Below the pieces are notes generated by a model. It searched no databases and was not told where the DNA came from. It saw only the letters and a program-made list of their open reading frames with translations. Positions 1-11,968 of a stretch of DNA of 64,000 bases are shown here, piece after piece. This DNA comes from Vulcanimicrobiota bacterium (lineage in GTDB: Bacteria; Vulcanimicrobiota; Vulcanimicrobiia; Eremiobacterales; Eremiobacteraceae): positions 320,001 through 384,000 of the forward strand of contig CAWDVP010000001.1 of NCBI GenBank assembly GCA_963805945.1, given 5' to 3'. Each line of letters opens with the position of its first letter. The stretch's first letter is position 1. Both the position numbers and the translations under genes were made by a program.

Positions 1-698
<698 letters not shown>

Positions 699-713
699 AT
701 GGTTATATTATCG

Positions 714-1767
714 TCAGCGGGCGGGGGCGGGGCCATAGGCGGCGAGGCTATGTTTCACCTCGGCGGCGACTTCGCGGTCGGCCGGCGCGGGGACGCCATG
801 TGTGATCTGCAGCGGCTCGGCCTGCCATGACTCCACCGCCCCGTTCCGCAGCCGGATCTCCAGCAGTGCGCTTTGCGTGGCCACGCCCGGCCGCGTGTCG
901 AAGACGAAGTTACCCAGGCTATAGGCGATGATCCCGTGGTGGTATGTCTCGACCGGGCCCAGGACGTGCGGATGGGCGCCGAGGACCACGGTGGCGCCTG
1001 CATCCACCAGCGCGCGAGCGAGCCTTATGTGATCCGGCGTCGGCGGGCCGACCAGCTCCTTGCCCCAATGCTCGTAGACGATGACGACGTCGGCGTGGTG
1101 GCGCGCATCGCGCACTTCGTGTTCCAGCGCGCGTAGGTAGCTCGCCGTGATCAAGCCGGTGACAGGATCGCGACCCGGCGCGATGCCCGCCGCGTCCTGC
1201 GTCGCGAGGTAGCCACGCGGTATGACCTCCGAGACGCCGAGCAGCGCGAACCGCACGCCGCGCCGATCGAAATATGCCGGCCGTTGCGCTTCTTCTATGT
1301 CACCGCCGGCACCGGTCTCGCCGACACCCGCTTCGCGCAGCGCTTCGATCGTGTCGAAGAGCGCCATCGAAGCCATAATCCATGCTGTGGTTGTTGGCGA
1401 GCGTCATCGCCGCAAAACCTGCGCCCGCGAGACCGCTCGCGGCCACCGGCGAGCCGCGCAGCAAGAACTCCTTGCGGTCTTTGAGCTGTTTCGGCGGCTT
1501 TGCTTTCGTCGCGACGCCGCGATAGGACAGCGGGCATTCCAGATTGCCGACGACCGCGTCCGCGCGAGCCAGGATCGGCCGGATGCGATCGAACGGCGCA
1601 TCCGAGCCGTAGGTCGTCATGAACGAGTCGATGCCCCAGCCGAACATGACGTCGCCCACGACGTCGAGCGTGACGGTTTGGCTCTGTTGCGTCGCTGCGC
1701 GCGCGCCCATCGGGACGAGCGCACAGCAGAGGGCGAACGCGATCAGCAGGCGGGTCATGCGTGCCAA
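714..1767 (-). CDS. CapA family (PGA_cap) metallophosphatase-like protein, frameshifted near 1370
   Basis: ORF 1300..1767 has a signal peptide, VGDVM, NLECP and LANNHSMDYG. ORF 714..1376 has HWGKE, GAHPHV and YSLGNF. Confidence 0.88.
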
Positions 1768-1879
1768 TCCGGCACATGCGTGAGCGGCTCCCGCAGGGCG
1801 AACGGAATGCCGCTCACTATAGATACGATGCAGCCGGGCGTTCCGATGAGTGTGGCCCGCTATGAGGAACCCGCAGCCG

Positions 1880-3676
1880 TCACAAGAGCGAACCTGTGTC
1901 GTCCGGGCCGAGCATGAACTTGCGCAGGTAGTAGATCGGCGGATCGCCGTGCGAGAGCACCGCGTCGTGGAACGCGCGCAAGCTGTACGCCGCTCCCATC
2001 TTCGTCTGATAGTCCGCGCGCAGCTTGAGCAGCATCAGCTTGCCGAGCGTGTAGTAGCCGTAGAGCGGATCTTGCGTGCCGCGCACGGCTTCGCGATATG
2101 CCGGCTCCTTGCCCATGAACGCGTTGTCCATGAAGAACGTCGTTGCGCTCGCGACGCTCATGCCTTGCGTGTGCTCCTTGATGCCGACGATGTAGCGGCA
2201 GTCGCGCTGCAGCGCGAGCATGAGCTGCAGGACGCGATAGCGCGGGTCGCCGTTGCCCAAACCCTCATCCACCATCATCTGCTCGTCGTAGTGCGCCCAG
2301 CCTTCGCCGAACGCGTTGTTCCATTCGATCTTGCGGATAAGGCTCAGGTCATGCGTCTTGTTGAACAGATAGTTGGTGTAGTGCCCGGGGTATGCTTCGT
2401 GCGACCCGACGATCACCAGACCCGGCCGGTTGAAGAACCGCAGGTGCTGGTTGGCCTGCTCCGGCGTCCAGTTCGGATCGACGATCGTGACGTTGTAATA
2501 CGCCTCGGTCGCCTTGGTCTCCAGCGGCCCCGGCGCGTTCATTGACGCGAAGGACGTCTGCGCCTGGAATTCCGGCGTCTTCACCACCGTGGCGATGGGC
2601 GCGGGCGGCAGGTCGATGATGCTCTTCTCTTTGATGAAGGCGACGAGCGTGTTGAGGTCGGTCTGCGCGACCGCGAGCAGCTGATCGCTTCTGGGATGAT
2701 CCTCCTGGATCGAGGCCACGACCTGTTGGACGGTCTTGTTGGGATCGATCGCGCGCGCGCTCGCGATGATGCCCGCCTTGTCCTTGGCGAGATTCGCCTC
2801 GCCCACGGACAACAGCTGCGCGATGGGGATGTCCGTCGCGTTCTGGTACCGCTCCAGTTCCGCATACGCGGCCGGTCCGATGGCGTACGCGCCATGCGCC
2901 GCCGGCACGACGCTATGATGGATGAACGCGGCGTAGCGCGAGACCGCGGCGATCGCAGCTGCGTTGCTCGCCGCGAATTGCTGTCTTGAGCGATGTGTCG
3001 GTGACGCCGGCGAACGCCAGCGGCACGTCATGCGAGAAGAAATCCACCGCACCGTCGGCGTCCAGGGCTGTTGGCCGACGCGACGATCGGCGCCACGGCT
3101 GATGGACGGATGTTCTTCATCCCTTGGGCGAGCACGCCGGGGATGAGCTTCTCGCGCGCGATCACCAATTGGAGACGCTGCGGCAGCGGCGCGAAATCGC
3201 GCGTCATGATCGTGTAGACGCCGCCCGACACGATGTCGGTGTAGTAGGCCGGGCGGCAGCTGCCAGTCGGGCCGCTCTTCGAGCGTGAAGAGGTTGTTGC
3301 CGATCGACGCTTCGAGCAGCGCCTGGTCGGTGCGGCCGTCGAGCGAGAGCTTGGCGGGGTCGATCTTCTGCAGCTCCGCGAGCGTCGCGTGCTCTCGGTT
3401 CACCTCGAGCTGGATCGCGCCCGGCGTGACCGGATCGAGCTTGGTGTCGTAGGTGTGCACGCCCACCTGCGTGGCGGTGGTCGGACTGAACTTCCACAGG
3501 CCCTGATAGTAGCGCTCGGACAGCACCGCGAGCGCCGCGTCCCCCGCGGCAGGCACCGGCGTTTCGGTGGGCGCCGCCGGCGACGCGCCGGGCGTCATAT
3601 CATCGGCGGCACCGGCTCGCGGCAAGCACAGCGCGCCCGCGATGAGGAGTCCTGCGATGAGTCGGAGTCTAAACAC
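1880..3676 (-). CDS. DUF885 family secreted protein (internal compensating frameshifts ~2985-3260)
   Basis: Signal peptide from GTG 3676. Motifs HEAYPGH, EGWAHY, YTLGKL, FHDAVL. The correct middle segment lies in ORF 3028..3231. Confidence 0.85.
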   Translation of the reverse strand: MFRLRLIAGLLIAGALCLPRAGAADDMTPGASPAAPTETPVPAAGDAALAVLSERYYQGLWKFSPTTATQVGVHTYDTKLDPVTPGAIQLEVNREHATLAELQKIDPAKLSLDGRTDQALLEASIGNNLFTLEERPDWQLPPGLLHRHRVGRRLHDHDARFRAAAAASPIGDRAREAHPRRARPRDEEHPSISRGADRRVGQQPWTPTVRWISSRMTCRWRSPASPTHRSRQQFAASNAAAIAAVSRYAAFIHHSVVPAAHGAYAIGPAAYAELERYQNATDIPIAQLLSVGEANLAKDKAGIIASARAIDPNKTVQQVVASIQEDHPRSDQLLAVAQTDLNTLVAFIKEKSIIDLPPAPIATVVKTPEFQAQTSFASMNAPGPLETKATEAYYNVTIVDPNWTPEQANQHLRFFNRPGLVIVGSHEAYPGHYTNYLFNKTHDLSLIRKIEWNNAFGEGWAHYDEQMMVDEGLGNGDPRYRVLQLMLALQRDCRYIVGIKEHTQGMSVASATTFFMDNAFMGKEPAYREAVRGTQDPLYGYYTLGKLMLLKLRADYQTKMGAAYSLRAFHDAVLSHGDPPIYYLRKFMLGPDDTGSLL

Positions 3677-4731
3677 GTGCGTTCCCCTTTCGCTGCCGTG
3701 TGGTGGTGATGATGATGTCCGCCGCACGTGCGACCTGCTCGGCGGAGACGTCGAGATGCGCGACTGCTCGGAAACGGCCGCCGCCGATCGCGTGGGCGTA
3801 GACGCCTGCGTCGCGCCACGCGGCGACCAGCGCGGCGTCATCGACGCGCGAAGCCCCGCGCGATGCGAATACGACGATGTTTGTGTGGACGTCTTCGGGG
3901 TCGACCTCGAACTCGCCGCTTTCGTGCAGCGCTCTGGCGAATGCCTTGGCTTTGGCGTGGTCCTCGTGCAGTCGCTTCGGGCCTTCGCGCAACGCGATGA
4001 GCGCGGCGGCGGCGATGACGCCGGCCTGGCGCATGCCGCCGCCGGCCATCTTGCGGACCGCGCGGGCTCGCTCGACGAAAGCGCGGCTGCCAGCCGCCGC
4101 AGATCCGACCGGCGCGCCGAGCCCTTTCGAGAAGCACACGTTCACCGAGTCGGCCGCCGCCGCGAGCGCTGCGGCCGGCACGCCGAGCGCGACGGCGGCG
4201 TTGAACAGCCGGGCGCCGTCGAGGTGGACGGCAGCGCCGTGACGCCGCGCGACCGCGGCGAGTGCTTCGGTGTGGGCGAGCGGGATCGCCCGGCCGCCGC
4301 CGCGATTGTGGGTGTTCTCCAGACAGACCAGCGCCACGCGTCCGGCATGCGCGCTCCGGCCGCAGCGCGTGCTCGAGCTCGTCCGGGTCGATCGCTCCCT
4401 TGCGATTCGGCACCGTCCGCAATTGCACGCCGCCGAGCGTCGTGACGCCGGGCCCTTCGAAATAGAAGATGTGGGCTTCGTCGCCGACGACGACGTCGTC
4501 GCCGCGCTGGCTGTGCGCCAGCACGCTGATGAGGTTGCCCATCGTGCCGCTGGGCACGAACACCGCCGCCTCTTTGCCTAGCGCCGCGGCGGTCTCGCGC
4601 TCGAGCTGCGCGACGGTCGGGTCTTCGCCGTACACGTCGTCGCCGACATCGGCCGCCGCCATCGCAGCGCGCATCGCGGCAGACGGCGCGGTGACGGTGT
4701 CACTGCGCAGGTCGATGTTCAGTTGCTCCAT
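3669..4731 (-). CDS. ltaE: Low-specificity L-threonine aldolase, frameshifted near 4345
   Basis: [21 protein letters not shown] and PSGTMGN in one frame. [28 protein letters not shown] and GGGMRQAG in the next. Confidence 0.92.
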
Positions 4732-6341
4732 TCCCACGGGTTCCAAAACGTCGTCGCGACCGGCGACGGCTGGTAGCCTTTGAGGCTATCGGCGACGAGA
4801 TCGTTGCGCCGCTTCCACCACAGGAACTCCACCGGCGAATCTTCGGCCAATAGCATCTGGATACGCCGATATGCGGCGCGCCGGGTCGGCACGTCGTAGT
4901 GGGTGAGGGCGATGCGCTCCTCCGCGTCGATGCGCGAGTCGCAGATGAACGAGTTGTTGTAGTCGCCGCGCTGATCGCACGCCCACAGCGCGATGTCATC
5001 CGGGTCGAGCCCGCCGATCCAGCCCTCATAGGCGAGGTCGAACTTGCCGCTCCCGAGCACGCCGCCGGCGGTCTTGTCGGCGTAGTAGATGCTGTGCGCG
5101 ACGCCTTTGAGGATGACGACGACGCCGATCGCGCGCAGCTGCTGCTGCACGATCGCGCCGACGCGCTCGCCGTCGTTGGCCTCGCGGTCGAAGACGTAGA
5201 CGAGTTCGAGCCGCTTGCCGTCCTTGGCGCGATAGCCGTCATCTGCGAGCTTCCAGCCGAGAGCATCGAGCGCTGCTGAGGCGGCCTTGGGGTCGTAGTG
5301 CGGCGCCGGCACTGAGGGATCGTATGTGTAGAAGAACACCGGCTGGTCGCTCACCGCCGGATCGGCGCCGTCGTGCATGATGTTGTGGATGAGATAGGCC
5401 TTGTCGATGCCGGCTGCCAGCGCGCGCCGGACCCGAAGATCGTCGAGCGGCGGATGGGTGACGTTGAACGTGAGATAGTAGAACTCGTTGAAGCGCGTGT
5501 GCAGCAAGTGGGTGCCGGGGATGTTCGCGAGCGCCGGCAGCTGATTGATCTGCGGCGAGCCGTAGAGGTCGGCCTCACCGGTGCGCATCATGATGGCGCG
5601 CGTGTTCGAATCGGGCACGACGAGGTAATCGACCTCGCGCAGCTTGGGGGCGCCGCGCCAGTAATGCGGGTTCGCCACCATGGTGATGCCGACCGACTGC
5701 TCGTACTTGGTCACGATGAACGGCCCCGTGCCGATCGGTTTGATGTTGTATGCGGCATGATTGATGCTCTGCATACCTTTGAGGATGTGCGCCGGCAACA
5801 CGACCATGGGTGCGAGGCTCGGCGCGAAGAAGGTCGCCACCGACGGCGCGTACGGCTGTTTGAGCCGGACGACGACGGTCGCCTGGTCCGGCGCGCTCAT
5901 GGACTCGATCTGGTCGTAGCCCGTGCGGGTGACGACGTTGTTCGCCGGGTTCATGATGGCGTGCCAGCTGAAGATGACATCGTCCGCGCCGAAGGGGACG
6001 CCGTCATGCCACTGCACGCCCGTGCGCAGATGGTAGGTGATCGTCCGACCATCGGCGCTGATGCCGCCGTTGTCGCGCGTCGGTATCACGGTGGCGAGCT
6101 CGGGCACGAGTTCGCCCTTCGGGCCTACGCGGAAGAGCCAGGCGCCCCAGAACATCGCCGCGTCGCTCGAGGCGGCGCTCGACGCCAGCTCGGGCACGAG
6201 CGAGTCGATGGTGCCGGCGCCGACGATGCGTACCACGCCCGGATGCGCGTCGTGGCGCTGGGGCGGCTGCGTCGCGGTTTGGACCTTGGTGCACGCCGCG
6301 AGCGCGACGCACACCACGACCGCGAGCGCGACCCGCTTCAA
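4719..6341 (-). CDS. Peptide ABC transporter substrate-binding lipoprotein (SBP family 5)
   Basis: TTG start overlaps upstream stop. Lipobox [23 protein letters not shown]; ends FWNPWEW. Confidence 0.9.
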   Translation of the reverse strand: MKRVALAVVVCVALAACTKVQTATQPPQRHDAHPGVVRIVGAGTIDSLVPELASSAASSDAAMFWGAWLFRVGPKGELVPELATVIPTRDNGGISADGRTITYHLRTGVQWHDGVPFGADDVIFSWHAIMNPANNVVTRTGYDQIESMSAPDQATVVVRLKQPYAPSVATFFAPSLAPMVVLPAHILKGMQSINHAAYNIKPIGTGPFIVTKYEQSVGITMVANPHYWRGAPKLREVDYLVVPDSNTRAIMMRTGEADLYGSPQINQLPALANIPGTHLLHTRFNEFYYLTFNVTHPPLDDLRVRRALAAGIDKAYLIHNIMHDGADPAVSDQPVFFYTYDPSVPAPHYDPKAASAALDALGWKLADDGYRAKDGKRLELVYVFDREANDGERVGAIVQQQLRAIGVVVILKGVAHSIYYADKTAGGVLGSGKFDLAYEGWIGGLDPDDIALWACDQRGDYNNSFICDSRIDAEERIALTHYDVPTRRAAYRRIQMLLAEDSPVEFLWWKRRNDLVADSLKGYQPSPVATTFWNPWEWSN

Positions 6342-8011
6342 ATCGAGTATTCCCACGTGTTCCAGAACTGCGTCACCGCGTGCGCGGGTTTGTAGTTCTT
6401 GAAGTCGACCGAGCCGATGTCGATGCGCCGGAAGAACCACAGGATGATCGCCGGTTGATCGTCCGCCAGCCGGTCCGAGATCGTGTCGTAGGCCTTCTTG
6501 CGCGTGGCCAGATCGTAGTGCGTGAGCGCGACGTTTTCGGCCGCGTCGATCAGCGGGTCGCAGAGATGGTACGTGTTCTGACCGCTGTTGGTGGCGCTCG
6601 GGATCTGGTCGCACATCCATAGCGTCGAGTTGTCCGGATCGACGCCGTTGTTCCAGGAGTAGTTGCCGATCTCGAACTTGCCGGTCTGCAGAATGCCGCC
6701 GGCGCCGAAACTGGCGAAGAGCTGCGGGCTGAGGTAGTTCTTGATGGTGACCTCGACGCCGACCTTGCGCCACTGCGCCTGCACGACGGCTTCGGTCTGG
6801 ATCGAGTCTTGCCGGCCGGTCGCCCCGGTGAGCTGGACGCTGAGCTTGTCGCCCTGCGCGTTGTGCCGATAGCCGTCGGAACCCATCTTCCAGCCGGCCG
6901 AGTCGAGCAGCTTGCCGGCCATCGCGACGTCGTACGGGTACTTCTTGACGTGCTTGTTGTACGCCCATAGGAACGGCGGCTGATCCGTATCCGCCGGGAT
7001 GTTCACGCCGTGCGAGACCTTCGTGATGAGCTCATCGCGGTCGGTGGCGTAGGTGAGCGCTTGGCGCACCGCTTTGTCGCGCAGCACCGGCACGCTCAGA
7101 TTGAGCCCGAGCTGGCCGTACTGGGTGAACGGCGTGAGATACACCTTCGTGCCCGGGATGTTCTTGAGCTCCTCGTACTGCGACGCCGACGCGTTGTAGG
7201 TGAAGTCCAACTCGTGCGTCTGCAGCTGCGTCAGCAGCGTGTTCTCGTTGGGGATGATGTGGTATTCGACTCTCTTGAGCTTCGGAGGACCGCGCCAGTA
7301 GTTGGGGTTGGCGACCATGGTGATGACGCTGCCCTTCTCCCAGCTCTGCACGATGAAGGGGCCGGTGCCGACCGGCTTGTTGTTGAAGTCCACGTGATTG
7401 ATGTCGGAATACTGCGACAGGAGGTGCTTGGGCAGGACCGGATATGGGTTGCCCGACATGGTGAAGAACGAAGCCACGAACGGCGCAAAACGTTCCTTGA
7501 GATGGACGACGATGGTGTAGTCGTCCTTCTTGTCGATCCCCGCGATGATGTTGTAGCCCACCTGACTGCCGACGTTGTTCTTCGGGTTCATCACCTGGTG
7601 CCAGGTGTAGATGACGTCGTCTGCGGTGAACAGCGGACCGTCTTGCCAATGGACGCCCTTGCGCAGATGATAGGTGACCGCGAGGCCATCTTTGCTGATG
7701 CCGCCGTTCTCGAGCGTCGGTTCGCCCATCGCGAGCTCGCCGATGAACTTGTTCTCATCGGTCCAGTTGAGCAAGTAGCCGCCCCAGAACATAGAGAGAT
7801 CCACTTCGGTCTGCAGGTTGCCGACGACCGGGTTCATCGTATCAGGCTCGGAGTTGTTGCCTATGCGCAAGACGCCGGGGATGGTGTGCCCCTCGCCCGC
7901 GCCGCCTGGGCCGGTGGACGTGCTGATTTTCGTGCAGCCGGAGAACAGCGCGGCGCCCAGCGCCGCGGCAGCGATACAGATCATCACGCGATGCAACATG
8001 CTTGTCGTCAC
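6338..8011 (-). CDS. Peptide ABC transporter substrate-binding lipoprotein (SBP family 5)
   Basis: Lipobox FSGC; WQDGPLFTADDV; PVGTGPF; ends FWNTWEY. Paralog of the adjacent gene. Confidence 0.92.
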   Translation of the reverse strand: MTTSMLHRVMICIAAAALGAALFSGCTKISTSTGPGGAGEGHTIPGVLRIGNNSEPDTMNPVVGNLQTEVDLSMFWGGYLLNWTDENKFIGELAMGEPTLENGGISKDGLAVTYHLRKGVHWQDGPLFTADDVIYTWHQVMNPKNNVGSQVGYNIIAGIDKKDDYTIVVHLKERFAPFVASFFTMSGNPYPVLPKHLLSQYSDINHVDFNNKPVGTGPFIVQSWEKGSVITMVANPNYWRGPPKLKRVEYHIIPNENTLLTQLQTHELDFTYNASASQYEELKNIPGTKVYLTPFTQYGQLGLNLSVPVLRDKAVRQALTYATDRDELITKVSHGVNIPADTDQPPFLWAYNKHVKKYPYDVAMAGKLLDSAGWKMGSDGYRHNAQGDKLSVQLTGATGRQDSIQTEAVVQAQWRKVGVEVTIKNYLSPQLFASFGAGGILQTGKFEIGNYSWNNGVDPDNSTLWMCDQIPSATNSGQNTYHLCDPLIDAAENVALTHYDLATRKKAYDTISDRLADDQPAIILWFFRRIDIGSVDFKNYKPAHAVTQFWNTWEYSI

Positions 8012-8030
8012 TCCGTTGTGATTGAGGTGC

Positions 8031-8514
8031 CTAGGGACGTAGCGGCCGGCGCTTCGAGCTGATGATCCCGGAGTTCATGCCGGCGACCGTGAGCCCGCCG
8101 TCGAAGCGGGCGTGTTCGACTTTCATGCAGCGGTCCACCACGACGCGCAAGCCCGGCATCGTCGGCAATGCGGATCGCTTCGTCGTTGATGACGCCGTAT
8201 TGGAACCAGATCGCCTTCGCGCCCGCGGCGACCGCGTCGCGCGCGACCTGCGGCGTTTCGTCGGCCTTGCGGAACACGTCGACGATATCGGGCGGGCCGA
8301 GTTCGCGCGCGTAGTCCGCCAAGCTCGCGAAGCAGCGGACGCCGTCCACCTCCTTATAGTCCGGGTTGACCGGGCGCACGTCGAAGCCGTGCGTGCGCAG
8401 ATAGCGGAACACGAAATAGCTCGGCCGCAGCGGGTTGGCGCTCGCGCCGACCATCGCGACGGTATGGCTTGCGGCTAAGAGCTCGCGGCGCTCTTCCGCA
8501 GTGGTGAGGATCAT
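8031..8514 (-). CDS. CoA-binding protein (YccU-like), frameshifted near 8150
   Basis: VAMVGASANPLRPSY, PVNP, DIVDVFR, IWFQYG. C-terminus VVVDRCMKVEH is in another frame. ATG overlaps metY stop. Confidence 0.85.
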
Positions 8515-9821
8515 GCGTGCGCCCCTGCGAGCGCGCCTTTGACCGCGGCTGCGAGCCCCTGCTCGAGATCCCAGATGAGATCGTCGGCGTCTTCGAGCCC
8601 GACCGAGAGCCGTACCGTGTCCGGCGTGATGCCGGCGGCGACGAGCTCGGCATCGCTCAACTGCTGATGCGTCGTCGACGCGGGATGGATCACCAGGCTC
8701 TTGGCGTCGCCGACATTGGCGAGGTGGCTCCACAGCTGCAGCGAGTCGATGAACGCGATGCCAGCCTCGCGGCCGCCGCGCACGCCGAAGGTGAAGATCG
8801 AGCCCGCGCCCTTGGGCAGATAGCGTGCGGCCAGCGCGTGGTACGGGCTCGCCGGCAGACCCGCGTACTTCACCCACGCCACCGCATCGTGCCGCTCTAA
8901 GAACGCGGCGATCCGTTGTGCGTTCTCGACGTGCGCACGCATGCGGACGGCAAGCGTCTCGAGGCCGAGGATTAGCAGCCAGGCGTTGAACGGCGACATG
9001 CAGCCGCCGATGTCGCGCCCGACCTCAAGCCTGGCGCGGCAGAGGAATGCGAACTCGCCGAACGTCTCGGCGAAGCTCATGCCGTGGTAGGCGGGGCTCG
9101 GCGCGCCGATGAGCGGGTGCTTCGGGCCCCAGCGAAACCGCCCCGACTCGACCATCACTCCCCCGATGATCGTGCCGTTGCCGCTGAGGAATTTGGTCGC
9201 GGAGTGCACGACGATGTCCGCACCGTGCTCCAACGGCCTGCACAGGTACGGCGAGGCGAACGTGTTGTCGATGATGAGCGGCACGCCGGCGGCATGTGCG
9301 ACCGCGGCGAGCGCCTCGATGTCCGCGATGTTGCCTGCGGGGTTGCCGATCGTCTCCGCATAGACCGCTTTGGTGTTCGGTTTGATGGCCGCGCGGATGG
9401 CCTCGGCGTCGGAATTGGGCACGAAGGTGACCTCGATACCCATGCGCTTGAGCGTCACCGCGAATTGCGTCACCGTGCCGCCGTAGATGTTCGACGACGC
9501 CACGAGATGGTCGCCTGCCTGCGCCAGCGTGAGGATGGCGAGCAGCTGCGCGGCCTGGCCTGAGGCCGTCGCCACCGCGCCCAAACCGCCCTCGAGGCTC
9601 GCGATCTTCTCCTCGAAGGCGGCGACCGTGGGGTTGGAGATGCGGCTGTAGATGGTGCCGTAACTGCGCAACGAGAACAGCTCGGCGGCGTGCTCGGCCG
9701 AGTCGAACACGAAGCCGGAACTCATGTAGATGGGCGTCGCACGGGCGCCCGTCGCAGGGTCGGGCTGCGTGCCGGCGTGCAACGCGCGGGTGGAAAAGCC
9801 GAATGAGCGGTCCTGGGACAT
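8511..9821 (-). CDS. metY: O-acetylhomoserine aminocarboxypropyltransferase / sulfhydrylase
   Basis: YSRISNPT, IDNTFASP, HSATKF (PLP Lys), HLANVGDAKSLVIHPASTTHQQL. Confidence 0.93.
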   Translation of the reverse strand: MSQDRSFGFSTRALHAGTQPDPATGARATPIYMSSGFVFDSAEHAAELFSLRSYGTIYSRISNPTVAAFEEKIASLEGGLGAVATASGQAAQLLAILTLAQAGDHLVASSNIYGGTVTQFAVTLKRMGIEVTFVPNSDAEAIRAAIKPNTKAVYAETIGNPAGNIADIEALAAVAHAAGVPLIIDNTFASPYLCRPLEHGADIVVHSATKFLSGNGTIIGGVMVESGRFRWGPKHPLIGAPSPAYHGMSFAETFGEFAFLCRARLEVGRDIGGCMSPFNAWLLILGLETLAVRMRAHVENAQRIAAFLERHDAVAWVKYAGLPASPYHALAARYLPKGAGSIFTFGVRGGREAGIAFIDSLQLWSHLANVGDAKSLVIHPASTTHQQLSDAELVAAGITPDTVRLSVGLEDADDLIWDLEQGLAAAVKGALAGAHA

Positions 9822-9910
9822 AGGCCGTAGATCTCCCACAGATGAGCGAGCCCGGGAGCCTTCGGACTTCCATGCACCGCATGGTTTTCCTGGGATTTTA
9901 GCGCGTCGGT

Positions 9911-11968
9911 CTAGACGGCGTCCGTTTCGGCGGCCGGCTTGCGCTCGAGCAGGCGCTCGAGTTCAGCGGCGGGGAGCGGCGCGCTCAAGAGGTGGCCCTG
10001 CATCTCGTCGCAGCCGAGCCGGCGCAGCGCGTCGTACTGCGCGCGCGACTCGACGCCTTCGGCGACCACCTGGAGCTGCCGGTTGTGCGCCACGGCGATC
10101 ATGGCGCCGACGACCGACGCGTCGAAACTGTCCTCTTCGATGCCGCGGATGAACTGGCGGTCGATCTTCAGCGAGGTCACGGGCAGGCGCTTGAGCGAGC
10201 CGAGCGAGCTGTAACCGGTGCCGAAATCATCGATCGACGTGCGCACGCCCATGGCGACGAGCTGCCGCATCACGCGGATGCTGCGGTCGACGTCGGCCAT
10301 GATGCCGGTTTCGGTAAGCTCGATCTCGAGCGCGCCAGGATCGAGGTGTGCGGCGCGCAGCGCGCCCGTGATCATCTTCAAGAAGTGCGGCTCGGCGAAC
10401 TGGCGCGGCGAGATGTTCACCGTGATGCGCTTGGGCGCGCGGCCTTGGCGCTGCCAGTTCTTCATCTGCTCGCACGCGGCGCGCACCGCCCAGCCGCCGA
10501 TCGGCACGATGAGGCCGGCGTCCTCGGCGACCGCAGTGAACTCGTCAGGCAGGCGCAGTCCGAGCGACGGATGCCGCCAGCGGAGCAGCGCTTCGGCCGC
10601 GACTATCTCGCCGGTGCGCATCGCCGCGATCGGCTGATAGTGCAGCAGGAACTCCTCGCGCCGCAGCGCGTTGCGCAGCTCGTTCTCCAACGAGAGCCGC
10701 TTGACGGCGACGGCGTGCATCTCCGGGGCGAAGAACTGGAAGTTGTTGCCGCCGCGCTCCTTGGCCTTGTACATCGCCGTGTCGGCATTGCGCACGAGCG
10801 TCTCGACGTCGTGGCCGTCGGTCGGGTACATGCCGATGCCGATGCTCGCGGTGGTGTACATCTCGTGGCCGGCGACGACGTACGAGCGGCTCGTCTCGTT
10901 GACGATCTTCTGCGCTACTTTCATCGCTGTCTGGCCGGTGGGCAGGTCGGTGAGGATGATGATGAACTCGTCGCCGCCGAGGCGCGCGACGCAGTCGACC
11001 GCGCGCACGCTGCGACGCAGACGGCCTGCGACGGCTTTGAGCAGCGCGTCGCCGGTCGAATGGCCGAGCGTGTCGTTGACGTTCTTGAAGCGGTCGAGAT
11101 CGAGGAAGAGCACCGCGACCGGACGCTTGTGCCGGTCAGAGAACGCGATCGCCTGGTTGAGCCGGTCGGTCATGAGCATGCGATTGGGCAGTTCGGTGAG
11201 CGAGTCGTAGTGCGCTTGGCGCGCGAGCTGCGCTTCGGCTTCTTTGCGCTCGGTGATGTCGAGCATGGTGCCGACGCTGCGCACCGGCTTGCCGGCCAGA
11301 TCGAAATAGAACTCGCCGCGCTCCTGCACCCAGCGCACGGTGCCGTCGCGACGGACGATGCGGTGGTCCAGCGCGAACGGCTCGCGCAGACGCTTGGATT
11401 CTTCGAACGCGCGGGTGATGGCGGCCGTGTCGTCCGGATGGTCGAAACGCGCGAACAGCTGCGGCGCGTCGACGCCTTGGGTGAGCCCGAAGATGCTGTA
11501 GATCTCGTCCGACCAGAACAGCGCCCCGCCCGGTAGTTCCATCGACCAACTGCCGAGGTGCGCGAGCTGCTGCGCCTGGGCCAACGTCGCGCGGCTCTGC
11601 TGCAGAGCTTCTTCCGTGGCGACGCGCTCGGTGACGTCGCGGAAGCTCCACACGCGGCCGACGGGTTCACCGTCGACGAGCTGCGGGATCGAATAGCGTT
11701 CGAAGGTGCGTCCGTCGTGGAATTCGAGCACGTCGAAGCTCTCGGCCTTCGGATCCGCGTAGAGCTCGCGGACCTTGTCGAGGAAGGCGTCGGGATCTTT
11801 GAGCTGGCGCAGGACGTGCGCGATGGCGCGCTCGTCGTCACGCGACGCGAGGACGTGTTCCGACACCCGCCACATCGAGGCGAAGCGCTTGTTGAAACGG
11901 ACGATCTTGCCCTCGCGGTCGACGACAAGGATGCCGTCCGCGGTCGCTTCGAGCGTCGCGAGCAGCAT
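9911..11968 (-). CDS. PAS-PAS-GGDEF-EAL diguanylate cyclase/phosphodiesterase
   Basis: Two PAS/PAC segments, DLDRFKNVNDTLGH, RLGGDEF, EALLRW, DDFGTGYSSL, VAEGVE. Confidence 0.95.
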   Translation of the reverse strand: MLLATLEATADGILVVDREGKIVRFNKRFASMWRVSEHVLASRDDERAIAHVLRQLKDPDAFLDKVRELYADPKAESFDVLEFHDGRTFERYSIPQLVDGEPVGRVWSFRDVTERVATEEALQQSRATLAQAQQLAHLGSWSMELPGGALFWSDEIYSIFGLTQGVDAPQLFARFDHPDDTAAITRAFEESKRLREPFALDHRIVRRDGTVRWVQERGEFYFDLAGKPVRSVGTMLDITERKEAEAQLARQAHYDSLTELPNRMLMTDRLNQAIAFSDRHKRPVAVLFLDLDRFKNVNDTLGHSTGDALLKAVAGRLRRSVRAVDCVARLGGDEFIIILTDLPTGQTAMKVAQKIVNETSRSYVVAGHEMYTTASIGIGMYPTDGHDVETLVRNADTAMYKAKERGGNNFQFFAPEMHAVAVKRLSLENELRNALRREEFLLHYQPIAAMRTGEIVAAEALLRWRHPSLGLRLPDEFTAVAEDAGLIVPIGGWAVRAACEQMKNWQRQGRAPKRITVNISPRQFAEPHFLKMITGALRAAHLDPGALEIELTETGIMADVDRSIRVMRQLVAMGVRTSIDDFGTGYSSLGSLKRLPVTSLKIDRQFIRGIEEDSFDASVVGAMIAVAHNRQLQVVAEGVESRAQYDALRRLGCDEMQGHLLSAPLPAAELERLLERKPAAETDAV

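Noticed and set aside
4719..6968. Long N-terminal extensions on SBP, modC (to 43181), apt (to 27159) and DUF885 (to 3841)
   Set aside because: Open frames overlapping upstream genes; better starts with signal peptides or stop/start coupling exist downstream.
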